This document shows, piece after piece, positions 1 to 9,100 of a stretch of 28,786 nucleotides of DNA. The notes beneath the pieces are model-generated. The model was given only the letters and a program-made list of their open reading frames with translations, was not told where the DNA came from and made no database searches. The stretch covers positions 1-28,786 of the forward strand of contig JBCDEZ010000015.1 of the NCBI GenBank assembly GCA_039179045.1, read 5' to 3'. How positions within the stretch are numbered: position 1 is the first letter of the stretch; each line of letters starts with the position of its first letter. The position numbers were made by a program, and so were the translations under genes. This DNA is from Chlamydiota bacterium (GTDB lineage Bacteria > Chlamydiota > Chlamydiia > Chlamydiales > SM23-39).

Positions 1-180
1 ATAAGCAGGCCTTGTCTATAAAAAAAGTGAGACTCCCTCTTTTTACCAATTCTCGGTTCACTCTTTTCCAATCACATTTTCGCAGCAGAAGCTCCTTAGA
101 TTTTTTATAGATAAGGAGCCTTCCTTGTTTATGGGCTTTTTATCAAGTTTTTTACTGGAGATTTTTTCAACAAGGCCAAG

Positions 181-461
181 ATGTATCTATTTTCTGATAA
201 TGCGCGTTACTATAAAAACCGATTTGTTCAAAACTATTTAAAAAAATCTAGAATGGAATTCCGTTTTTTACCTCCATATATTCCGAATCTAAATCCAATT
301 GAGCGGCTTTGGAAATGTATGAATGAGAAAGTGTTATGGAACAAATATTACGAAAAATTTTCTGCATGCAAGCGCATGCGGTGATGGGATTTTTGGAGAG
401 TCTGTCCTCACCTAGTCCAGAGATTTTGCACCAAATGAAGAACGGGATCAGCAATAGCTTC
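181..461 (+). pseudogene. IS630-family transposase C-terminal fragment, degraded and frameshifted
   Basis: ORF 181-384 encodes DNARYY...FLPPYIPNLNPIERLWK, the IS630/DDE_3 C-terminal signature (DNAxxH...LPxYSPxLNPIExxW). The sequence appears to continue in another frame (AVMGFLESL...). No intact N-terminus or terminal inverted repeats seen. Confidence 0.8.
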
Positions 462-595
462 TATCTCTATTCTTCTGCCTTGCCCAATTCTTCAAGTGAA
501 ATGGGTCTAGAGGTGAGAGGATTCCAAAGAGTATACGTGAAAAAAGGAGACAAGGAAAATGGTTCCTTATCTCCTAGGTTATAAGGAAAGTTACA

Positions 596-1396
596 TCAAG
601 AAGTCCTGCGCAGAGTTGACTCTAGATCGTAGTCAACCATACCAAGGCTTTGCACGAAGTAAATAGGTAGCACGGGAACAGGTCCGTTGAGAATCTTTGT
701 CAGTAAAAAAGGGCCTGTGCAGTATGCAGCATCATGATTGTGCCCCTGAATGCGCCAGGCTTGAATACCTGATACAATATGTTTGTCGAGATGCGCAGTA
801 ACTGGGTGTCCTTTGGACGCGCCGATGAGGTTGTTACCAAGAAATAGACCTGCTCTGCCTATATTTCTACCGTGCCACTCAGTGATGAAAAAACAGCCTT
901 TGGATGGAAATACGGCGAAAAGATCGATGTACTTTCCTTGGTGTACGGGAGGTGCGAAATCGCAATCGCAGTACACTCCACCGAATGCGTTTAGCACGGT
1001 GTAGCGCAAAATATCAGCTGCAGACCAATAATCTCTTCTACTCAGAAGAGTGGCAATCATTTCTCGTTTCGCATCGTCGATGCCTAAAGCAGGATCATCA
1101 AGATCTTTTTCTGAGTACAAGCGATATTGGAATCCCATCTTCTCGGCGTACTCTTGAAATTTTCTTTGAACAGGAGGCTTGCGCGCAGGATCCCCGAACC
1201 ATATTTGATGGATAGAACGTGGTATCGGGTCTGCGCTGTGTTTCACGACCGCTTCCCAGGAGACAAGCTCTCCGAAGACATCGCGGGATTTCTCATCAAA
1301 ATCGGCTAAAACTTGCGCTTTTGCGGTCAGTTCGTGCGCTCCCAGGATCAAGAGGCAAAGGAAAAGTTGGGTCCATTTTGTAAATGTAGGTTTCAT
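596..1396 (-). CDS. Glycosyltransferase, GT32/Gly_transf_sug (DxD) family, with N-terminal hydrophobic signal/anchor
   Basis: Motifs IPRSIHQIWFG, AADILRY..L..FGGVYCDCD (DxD), NNLIGASKGHP and TGPFLLT are typical of OCH1/GT32-like enzymes. N-terminus MKPTFTKWTQLFLCLLILGAHELTAKA. GGAG RBS upstream. Confidence 0.85.
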   Translation of the reverse strand: MKPTFTKWTQLFLCLLILGAHELTAKAQVLADFDEKSRDVFGELVSWEAVVKHSADPIPRSIHQIWFGDPARKPPVQRKFQEYAEKMGFQYRLYSEKDLDDPALGIDDAKREMIATLLSRRDYWSAADILRYTVLNAFGGVYCDCDFAPPVHQGKYIDLFAVFPSKGCFFITEWHGRNIGRAGLFLGNNLIGASKGHPVTAHLDKHIVSGIQAWRIQGHNHDAAYCTGPFLLTKILNGPVPVLPIYFVQSLGMVDYDLESTLRRTS

Positions 1397-1431
1397 TCGG
1401 TTCTCCGCAGAAAAATATCAATAACAGAAAA

Positions 1432-1460
1432 TTTCTATCACTAAACTATTTTTTCAGCAA
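1432..1460 (-). promoter_or_regulatory. Putative sigma66/sigma70-type promoter of the glycosyltransferase gene
   Basis: Minus strand TTGCTG-N17-TAGAAA with a TGn extended -10, about 35 nt upstream of the ATG. Confidence 0.35.
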
Positions 1461-1675
1461 TCGAAAACCATGCTATTTGAGAAAAGTAGCAGAGCACACA
1501 CATCTTCCAAGTATTCTTTGCCTCATGATTGGGCATGGGGGTCACCGTTCGAAATATGCATGTTCAAATATCTTTTCCTAATATATTTTCACAGAGTTGA
1601 GGAGATACTATTTTCAATGGTCTTTTTTTAGAAAGATGGTTATGATTTATTCTGATTTTTTATTCTATTTGATCT

Positions 1676-3025
1676 ATGGAACCCTCTTTTCTCTCTCAAC
1701 CTGTAAAAATAGCCATTGTGGGTAGGCCAAACGTGGGAAAGTCCTCTCTTTTCAATCGCCTTTGTGGAGCGCGTATCTCCATTTGTCATGAAGAAGAGGG
1801 GGTCACTCGAGATCGGATTTACGGAAAAACTGATTTTTTCGGTAGGGAGCTTTTCTTGATCGATACAGGAGGAATTTCCAAAAATGGTGTTCCATTTGCC
1901 CAGGAAGTAAAAGAACAGGCGCTACTTGCGACAGAAGAGGCGGATGTGATTGTCCTCGTAGTCGACAGCCGCTCAGGGGTTGTCCACTCTGATGAAGAGG
2001 TAGTCCGCCTTTTGCGTAGATCCGAGAAAAGGATGGTCCTTGCTGTGAACAAAATCGATGACCCTTCCCACGAGCATCGGATCGATGAGTTCTATTCCCT
2101 GGGCATTGCCGATATCGTTGGAGTCTCCGCTTTGCAAAATCGGGGGATTGAAGAACTTCTCGAGTGCGCCCTTACCGGACTTCCTACAAAGCCTTTGGAG
2201 CCAAAAAAAGCGCCTCAGGAAATATCGATTGCCATTTTAGGCAGGTCGAATGTGGGCAAGTCGACCCTTCTCAACAGCTTCTTGCAACAAAATCGCTCCC
2301 TCGTGAGTGATGCGTATGCCACCACAAGGGATCCCATACGAGCTGCTATATCTGTAGAAAATACCATGTTTAGCTTTGTGGATACTGCGGGGATTCGGCG
2401 AAAAAAAGCGCAGAAAAGTCCTGTAGAAAAATTTGCTGATATCCGTACCCAAAAAGTGCTCGAACAAGCAGATCTTTGCCTGTTTTTGATCGACAGCACT
2501 AGAGGAATGACTACTGAGGAGAAAAAGATCGCATCTCTTATTGAAGCTTCTGGCAAGGGATGTATCTTACTTTGCAACAAGTGGGATCTTGTGACAGGCT
2601 TTCGTCAAGAACATTGCCTGCGTGCTCTTCGCGAGGAGGTGCCTTTTTTCTCCCATGTACCCGTACACTTTCTTTCGGCAAAGATGCAAACAGACTTTTC
2701 AGCTATTTTTCGGAGCATTTTTTTAGTCGAAAAAAATGCGCAGGTGCGGATTACCACCGGTGCTTTAAACCGCTTTTTGACAAAAGCTTTGGAAAAAACG
2801 CCCCCCCCCAGAGTGCAAGGAAAACAGTTGAAGATCTACTATTTGACCCAGGCTTCCACTAAACCGACCCGGTTCATATTTTTCCTCAACCGACTCGATC
2901 TTTTGAAACGCACGTATGCCAAGTATCTGGTCAATCAATTGCGCAAAGAGTATCCTCTTGCAGGTATTCCCCTAGAGTTCAAATACAAAACACGCAAAGC
3001 CGCCCCATCTAAGGAATCCTCGTAA
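1676..3025 (+). CDS. der: Ribosome biogenesis GTPase Der (EngA)
   Basis: Two tandem G domains (GRPNVGKS / GVTRD / DTGG / NKID and GRSNVGKS / TTRD / DTAGIRR / NKWD) followed by a KH-like C-terminus (LKIYYLTQ...P.RF...Y.KYL.NQLR). Confidence 0.97.
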   Translation: MEPSFLSQPVKIAIVGRPNVGKSSLFNRLCGARISICHEEEGVTRDRIYGKTDFFGRELFLIDTGGISKNGVPFAQEVKEQALLATEEADVIVLVVDSRSGVVHSDEEVVRLLRRSEKRMVLAVNKIDDPSHEHRIDEFYSLGIADIVGVSALQNRGIEELLECALTGLPTKPLEPKKAPQEISIAILGRSNVGKSTLLNSFLQQNRSLVSDAYATTRDPIRAAISVENTMFSFVDTAGIRRKKAQKSPVEKFADIRTQKVLEQADLCLFLIDSTRGMTTEEKKIASLIEASGKGCILLCNKWDLVTGFRQEHCLRALREEVPFFSHVPVHFLSAKMQTDFSAIFRSIFLVEKNAQVRITTGALNRFLTKALEKTPPPRVQGKQLKIYYLTQASTKPTRFIFFLNRLDLLKRTYAKYLVNQLRKEYPLAGIPLEFKYKTRKAAPSKESS

Positions 3026-3127
3026 ACCAACAGTTCGTTTTCCCTTCGGAATGTAGTATTTTTCCGTTTAAAGGAAAAAGAAGATGTTGGTATATACACC
3101 ATTTTGCCATAATCGCGTCTATTAGGA

Positions 3128-4855
3128 ATGGGGGATATGCGTTTTTCTGTTCATTACCGCTGGGTCGACCTACTACGGGATTGCCTAGCTGGCCTTTCTA
3201 TTGCTTGTCTAGTCATTCCCCAGGCAATTGCCTATGCCCTTCTTGCCAACCTTCCTTTGGTAAGTGGTCTATACGCTGCGATCTTCGGAACGCTCATTGC
3301 CACCTGCTTTTTCCGTTCCGATACCCTCATTTCTGGGCCTTCCACTGCCATTGCTATCTTGGTGCAGACAACCATTTTGAGCATGCAGAGTGGAAGAGGT
3401 CCACCGCACAATCTTTTGGAAATCCTAGCACATCTCCTTTTCTTAGTAGGATTCATCCATATCTGTCTTTCTTTATGTCATATTGGCGCTTGCTTGCAGT
3501 TCGTAAGTAGATCGGTGTTGCTCGGATATTTCACCGGTCTTAGCGCTGTCATCTGTATCGAACAGCTTTTTTCCTGGGTTCAGGTAGAACGACCAGAAGC
3601 GACGATCTTTGTTACAAAAATTCTTTACTTAGCGAGGCAAGTAGATGCGATTTCCTGGAGTTCCACCTCGTTGGGTGCGCTTGGATTGCTCCTATTGGTA
3701 GGGATGCGTCGGTACGCGCCTTCTTTTCCAGGAGCTTTGCTTTGGCTCTTTTTTTCTACTTTTTTGGTTTACATGCTGCCCGTTTACAGCGCTTTGCCTA
3801 CGCTATCTCAGTACTCATCGATGCAATTCTCTGTTGAAATGACTCTTCCATCGTTCCGTTTGGAGCTGCTTCAAGAGCTTTTCTTTCCCGCTCTTGCTAT
3901 CGCATTTCTCGGAGTGTTGGAGGTCTTCTCTGTTTCGAAAGCGCTCTCTTTAAAAACGAGACAACCTATCGATGGAGATCGGGAAGTACTTGCTATTGGT
4001 CTGGCAAACGTATTTCTTACCCTTTTCCCCTTTGCTATGCCTGCCTCTGCCAGCATTACGAGAAGCTTGCTTGGCCAGATGATGGGGGCAAAAACTAAGA
4101 TTGCCCCTATTATGTCGACCGTGTTTGTTTATGCAATTCTTGTATTCCTATGGCCTTTTGTTGCGTATGTGCCTGTAGCGGCTCTATCTTCTCTACTCAT
4201 TTTTAGCGGCTTACATATTGTGGATCCGAAAGCTGTACAACACTGTTTTCGCGCTACCAAAGAGGATGCTTTTATTTTCCTCTTCACTTTTTCTCTTTGT
4301 ATGTTGCTACGCCTCGATATTGCTTTTGTGGTAGGGGTCCTTTTTTCCATTGTTTTCTACCTCCGCACAGCTGCCACTCCCCATGTCCAAGAATATGCAT
4401 TTGACTATGCTGGGAGGTTGTCCATTATCCAGCCTCACGAGGGTAAGCACAGTAAGGTGCGCATCATAGGAATCGGAGGGGAACTCTTCTTTGGGATGGT
4501 TGATGTTTTGGAAGGAGTCATTTCAAATCTTGCAAGAGATGAAGATGTGAAGGTTGTGATTCTCCGGTTGAACAATGTGCACTATGTCGATGGTTCGATG
4601 TGTTTGGCTATTGTACAGCTTCATGAACAGCTTGCCTCGACGGGTAGACACTTGATTCTATCCGGGATTACTGAAAAGGTGTGGTACACCCTTTCTCGTG
4701 CGAAAGTTTTGGAGAAGATGCAGGCAATCAATTTTTTTCTGCGCGATGAGACAAGGCCTCAGCTATCTACCTGGAAAGCATGCCTGCGTGCAGAAGAGCT
4801 TCTCAGTCGTCGAGGAAGTTTTGATACTTATCCCGAAGGGCCGGGTCATATTTGA
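3128..4855 (+). CDS. SulP (SLC26) family anion transporter with C-terminal STAS domain
   Basis: D.LAGLSIA.LVIPQAIAYALLA.LP...GLYAA motif, ISGP, multiple TM segments, and STAS (GELFFG...VVILRL.NV.YVDGS). Confidence 0.93.
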   Translation: MGDMRFSVHYRWVDLLRDCLAGLSIACLVIPQAIAYALLANLPLVSGLYAAIFGTLIATCFFRSDTLISGPSTAIAILVQTTILSMQSGRGPPHNLLEILAHLLFLVGFIHICLSLCHIGACLQFVSRSVLLGYFTGLSAVICIEQLFSWVQVERPEATIFVTKILYLARQVDAISWSSTSLGALGLLLLVGMRRYAPSFPGALLWLFFSTFLVYMLPVYSALPTLSQYSSMQFSVEMTLPSFRLELLQELFFPALAIAFLGVLEVFSVSKALSLKTRQPIDGDREVLAIGLANVFLTLFPFAMPASASITRSLLGQMMGAKTKIAPIMSTVFVYAILVFLWPFVAYVPVAALSSLLIFSGLHIVDPKAVQHCFRATKEDAFIFLFTFSLCMLLRLDIAFVVGVLFSIVFYLRTAATPHVQEYAFDYAGRLSIIQPHEGKHSKVRIIGIGGELFFGMVDVLEGVISNLARDEDVKVVILRLNNVHYVDGSMCLAIVQLHEQLASTGRHLILSGITEKVWYTLSRAKVLEKMQAINFFLRDETRPQLSTWKACLRAEELLSRRGSFDTYPEGPGHI

Positions 4856-5255
4856 AAACGCCCTCTTCGTGGTGGATGATCTTGTAGACCCACTTCTCAT
4901 CATTTTCTCGCAATAGCCTGTCGCATCCCATCAAAAAACCCTGCAAAAATCCATAACGTTTGATCGCTCTTTGCGCGTAATGAGAGGAGGTAGGTCGAAA
5001 ATGGCTCCGCTTACAGGTTGTGGGGGAAAGATAGTCTTGGTGAAAGCAAATGATCCAATCGGCGATCTCCGCAATCGGATTAGAAGAAGCCTTGGGAAGA
5101 GCCGGTTTTTCTTCTTTTTCTATCAGTGCTAGGTCTTCTCCCCAAGGCTCTTGGTAATACAGATTTGCTTGCAAATGGGTATCGGGAGAGCTAAAAACCG
5201 TAGCGCAGCAAAAAAGTAGGAGTGTGCTTGTAATCGCGCGCAAGCGCGCTTGCAT
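4803..5255 (-). CDS. yidD: YidD-like (membrane protein insertion efficiency factor / DUF37) protein, ~150 aa; start uncertain
   Basis: FHQDYLSP...RSHFRPTSSHYAQRAIKRYGFLQGFLMGCDRLLREN matches the YidD core (YQ..ISP...CRF.PTCS.YA..AI..HG...G......RL.RC). ATG 5255 chosen because it gives a signal-like N-terminus; the ORF is open back to 5363. Confidence 0.75.
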   Translation of the reverse strand: MQARLRAITSTLLLFCCATVFSSPDTHLQANLYYQEPWGEDLALIEKEEKPALPKASSNPIAEIADWIICFHQDYLSPTTCKRSHFRPTSSHYAQRAIKRYGFLQGFLMGCDRLLRENDEKWVYKIIHHEEGVFKYDPALRDKYQNFLDD

Positions 5256-6123
5256 GCCGTTCATAGAGTCGCTCATTGTAGTATTTCGCCGATTCTCCTG
5301 CTCCGTAAATGCTTCCAACATACCAACCAAACTCAAAGAACGAGGAAAGAACACCTGCTGCAATGTCTCCGTTCAAGAAAAAGTGGCACGAAGCGTAAAT
5401 CGATAGGGTATTGAATAAAAATGTGGTCACGGCAGTCTTATGCTGGCCTAAATAGAAATACCCTGCGCCTGGGAAAAGCGCGTTGAATACCTGCGCTTTG
5501 GCAACCGATTTTTTCTCTTTGGAGAAGCGGTCGATCAGAGTCCCCAAATAGGGCTTTTCCGGCGCGAACGTTGCAAGAGACTGTACATCTCCCGATTGCA
5601 AAGCTAAAGAGATTTGCACATCTTCGTAGGTGTCAGGGTACTGCTTTTCTAATAGGGTATGAATTTTTTGTACACGCGTTGTATCTCCAATTTCGAGGTA
5701 GCTTTTCAACAGAACAAGCAATAGATCATGGTGTGGCTGGAACGAAAGATCGACATTGAGAAGGTCGGACTGCTCAAAAGAGCGGACGACATCGTAGTAA
5801 CGGTCTCCTAGATAGTAGCAGTAGAGCATCAGGTAGGAGAGCTCGCGAAGCCTTTCGGGCTGATCTTCTGCTAACACCTCAGAGCGTTTGAAGGTGGAGA
5901 CTGCGCGGTATAGGTCGAGTTTTTTGGCGAAGCGTAGTCCGATGAGATACTCTTTTGCCCAATCGGTTTTTTGCTCCTCTTCAGAAAGAGGAAGAAAAGC
6001 CGATTGTAGGCTTTGTATATGCGCCTTATCTGCTTCTAAAGAGAGTCGTGGTTTGATGGTATCTGTGACCCGCACGCAAGAGGTGCAGAAAAACAGAAAG
6101 AACAAGGCTGTGTATCTAATCAT
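5191..6123 (-). CDS. Putative lipoprotein with TPR-like helices and a C-terminal hydrophobic (TM2/DUF5683-like) region
   Basis: Signal MIRYTALFFLFFCTSC with a lipobox-like Cys; helical TPR-like middle (DLYRAVSTFKR, CYYLGDRY); NALFPGAGYFYLG motif plus hydrophobic segments; ends in LRYGF. The start overlaps the sctC stop. Confidence 0.7.
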   Translation of the reverse strand: MIRYTALFFLFFCTSCVRVTDTIKPRLSLEADKAHIQSLQSAFLPLSEEEQKTDWAKEYLIGLRFAKKLDLYRAVSTFKRSEVLAEDQPERLRELSYLMLYCYYLGDRYYDVVRSFEQSDLLNVDLSFQPHHDLLLVLLKSYLEIGDTTRVQKIHTLLEKQYPDTYEDVQISLALQSGDVQSLATFAPEKPYLGTLIDRFSKEKKSVAKAQVFNALFPGAGYFYLGQHKTAVTTFLFNTLSIYASCHFFLNGDIAAGVLSSFFEFGWYVGSIYGAGESAKYYNERLYERHASALARDYKHTPTFLLRYGF

Positions 6124-9100
6124 CGTTGATTGATTTGATCGATTCCATCGATTCTTCGAAATCAGCCTCTAAGCGCACGGTACCTGCTTTTTCTCGGAAA
6201 AAGTCCTCTTGCTCTTCAGAAATCGCACGCATATCTCCTCGTGAGTGTAGGATTCTAGGCCGGATGAAAAAAACGATATTGCGGACGTCTTTTGAGCGGT
6301 CAAGTTTTGAGAAAGCAGAACCTATGAAAGGAAGACCTCCCAAACAAGGTACAGCTGAAGTGCTCTTCGAGTCTGTCGCGTTCACAAGACCGCTCAAGAC
6401 AAGGAAACTCTCGTTGGGCACATGCACAGTGGTCGATAAGTTTGTTTTCGAGGTGGTTACAGCGCTAAAGGCTTGGCTATTGACTGTTGTAATGGTATCA
6501 CCAGACGAGTTAGAAACCTCTACCGAGTTTTCAATATCGATACTCAAAGAGACAATATCAGAATTGCCAATCACAGGTGTGATCGTCAAATTGAGACCAA
6601 TATCGCGATATTCGACGTTGGTGTTTTGAAAGAGAGTATTCGAGGAGTTCACATTCTGCAAGATTGAACCAATGAAGGGGATATTTTGTCCTACAAAGAG
6701 GGTCGAGGTGCGGTTGTCCTGGGTGATGATTTTGGGTGTGAGTAGAATGCTCACCTCGCTATCTGACTGGAGTGCAGTCAAGAGGGATCCCAGAGAAAAG
6801 AAGGATTTTCCCTTGTGGAGGATCATATCTCCGATCACTCCTAAATCAAAGCCTGGCTGTGTGAAGGGAATGTTCGACGGATCGGGTCTGTTCGAGGCGT
6901 TCACTCCGTTCAAGGTAGTTGAAAAGGTGTCCCCTCCAGAAGATGGGATCGGTGCGAAATTCCCCGTTGAATAGGCAAAGCGTTCGCGGTAATTGCCCTT
7001 ACCTCCCCATTCGAGTCCGAAATCGAGCAAATTGGTCAGCGTCGTTTGGATCGCGAGGATCTCGATAAAAACTTGCTTGAGAGGGACGTCAAGATTTTTG
7101 ATCAGCTCTTTCAAGCGTGTAAGGGTTTCTTGGTCGCCTGTAACGAGTAGAGAGTTGGTGATCTCGAGCCATTGCACCGAGCGGATCGCATCGAGTAGAT
7201 TCTGGCTCGTGTTGTTTTTTGTGTCCAGCAGGTCTTTGCTAATTCGCTTGAGGGCACCTTGAATCTCAGAACCTGGGTGGTATTGCAGTTTGTAGACGAG
7301 AAACGAGGTGTTGTCGATCGGTTGAATCTCTGCCATCTTTGGTGGAGAGTCTTCTCCCGGCACATCGAATGTGCGCAAAAGCTCGCGTGTTCTTTCCAAG
7401 GATTCTGCTGTTCCCGTGAAAATGAGAGACTGCGTCGCAGCTACATATTTCATAGAGTAGAGGGTATTGTAGAGTTCGGGATCAACAAGTCCAGTCTCTT
7501 TTAGATGGTCTGCGAAGTTGAGAAGTAGTCCTTCGAGATCTTCTGGAGAGGTATATTCTGGTTTGTAGACGAAAAACTGAGAGGGAGCCTCTGCTTGTCC
7601 TACTCTCGGGAGGTCAAATTTTGCAACGAGATTTTTTGCCTTTTCTAATGCCTCTTCAGGGCCTGTAAAAAGGAGAGAATTGGTCTCTCGAATGTATTTC
7701 ATATTCTGCAATACGCGCACAAGCTCGAAGTCATAGTTCTTGCTTTTCTTCAGATCATTGATGACGCTCTCAAGGGAGTTGACAATGTAGTTACCGCTCG
7801 TATTTTTTAGCTTATAGAGCAAAAAAGTGGTTCTTCCAATCTTCTGAACAGCGGCATGTTTTGCACTCGGTATGTCTACTTCCTCGATGATTGTTGCGAG
7901 TTTTTGCAAGGCAACTGAATTGCCTGTAAATACAAGAGCGTGCGTTTGCGCGCTATACTGCATGCTTTCGATAGCGCCCAAAAGGCCCTCATCGACAAGC
8001 CCTCCCTCTTCGAGGCTTTTTGCAATATCTTCTAAAGACAGCTGCAGGGTACTTGGAGAGAGGTGCTGAGGTTTGTACATGTAAAAATCGTTGTGTACCT
8101 CTTCTTGCGAGGTGCCAGGGCTTACATCGTACTGTGCGACCAGATCTTTCACATCTTCAATCGCTTGAGACGGCCCTGTAAGAAGAATCGAGTTGGTTGC
8201 TTTGATCCATTTGAGGTTTTCAATCACTTCCAAAATGCTCGTATCGCGTAGAGAGGTGGAGCGCATATTCTCTGCGAAATGTTGCAGCTGTTTTTCAATC
8301 AGATCTCCTTGTACATACTCTAACTTGTAGAGGAAATAACCATCTCCCGGCCCAACACTCGGTTGATCATAGTCTTGTAAGATCTTTTGCAAACTATCGA
8401 GAGCGGTCGAAAGACCAGAGAACATGAACGAACCAGAATTGGCGATCCACTTCATAGAAGTAATAGCCTGGTAGAGCGCATCTTGCTTCGGATTGGTCTG
8501 ATCGAGATTGCTAGCAATCTGCTCGAGGTAGGCCTCGACCATCTTGCGGCTGACCGTTTTGATCGGGTAGAGTATAAAACTGGGTTGCTCGCGCTGGACC
8601 GAGGGAACATCGAAGCTCTGGGCAATCTCCTGAACGCGGGCAAGAGCGTTTTCTGTACCCGTAAATAGAAAGGAGTGGGACTGCTGGATCCATTTCATCG
8701 AGTCGATGGCATTGAGAAGCTGCTCTTCTTTGAGGTCTTGCTTGTGGAGTTTGCCTCCAATATTTTTTAGGTACTCTTCAAAGGATTCTTTAGAGACGTG
8801 CTGCAAGGAGTAGAGCAAGAATGTGGTTTGCGAGTCGCCTGCTGTAGTAGGGTGATCGATTGTTTCCAAGAGAACGCCGATCTTCTCTAGGGAGCTGGGA
8901 GTTCCTGTAAAGAGAAGGGTGCTTGTTGAAGGGATCCATTTCATCCCCTCGATTGCTGTCAAGACGTCGGGATCGGAGAACCCAGAAGCAGACAGTTTTT
9001 TCCCGTAATCTTCCATTGATTTAAAAATCTCTTCTCCCGTCAAGACTTGTGGACGATAGGATAGGAACTGGTTATCTTTTTCCACAGAAGGGGGGATGTC

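Noticed and set aside
1..590. Intact IS element with terminal inverted repeats
   Set aside because: Only a degraded C-terminal transposase fragment is visible; no TIRs or target duplication could be identified.
2801..2809. C9 homopolymer in der as a phase-variation tract
   Set aside because: It is in frame and encodes the Pro-rich PPP turn normal for this region of an essential gene.
3036..3113. Imperfect inverted repeat and a TTGGTA...CATAAT promoter-like match between der and SulP
   Set aside because: The stem is mismatched with no U-tract, and the spacer is only 15 nt; insufficient support.
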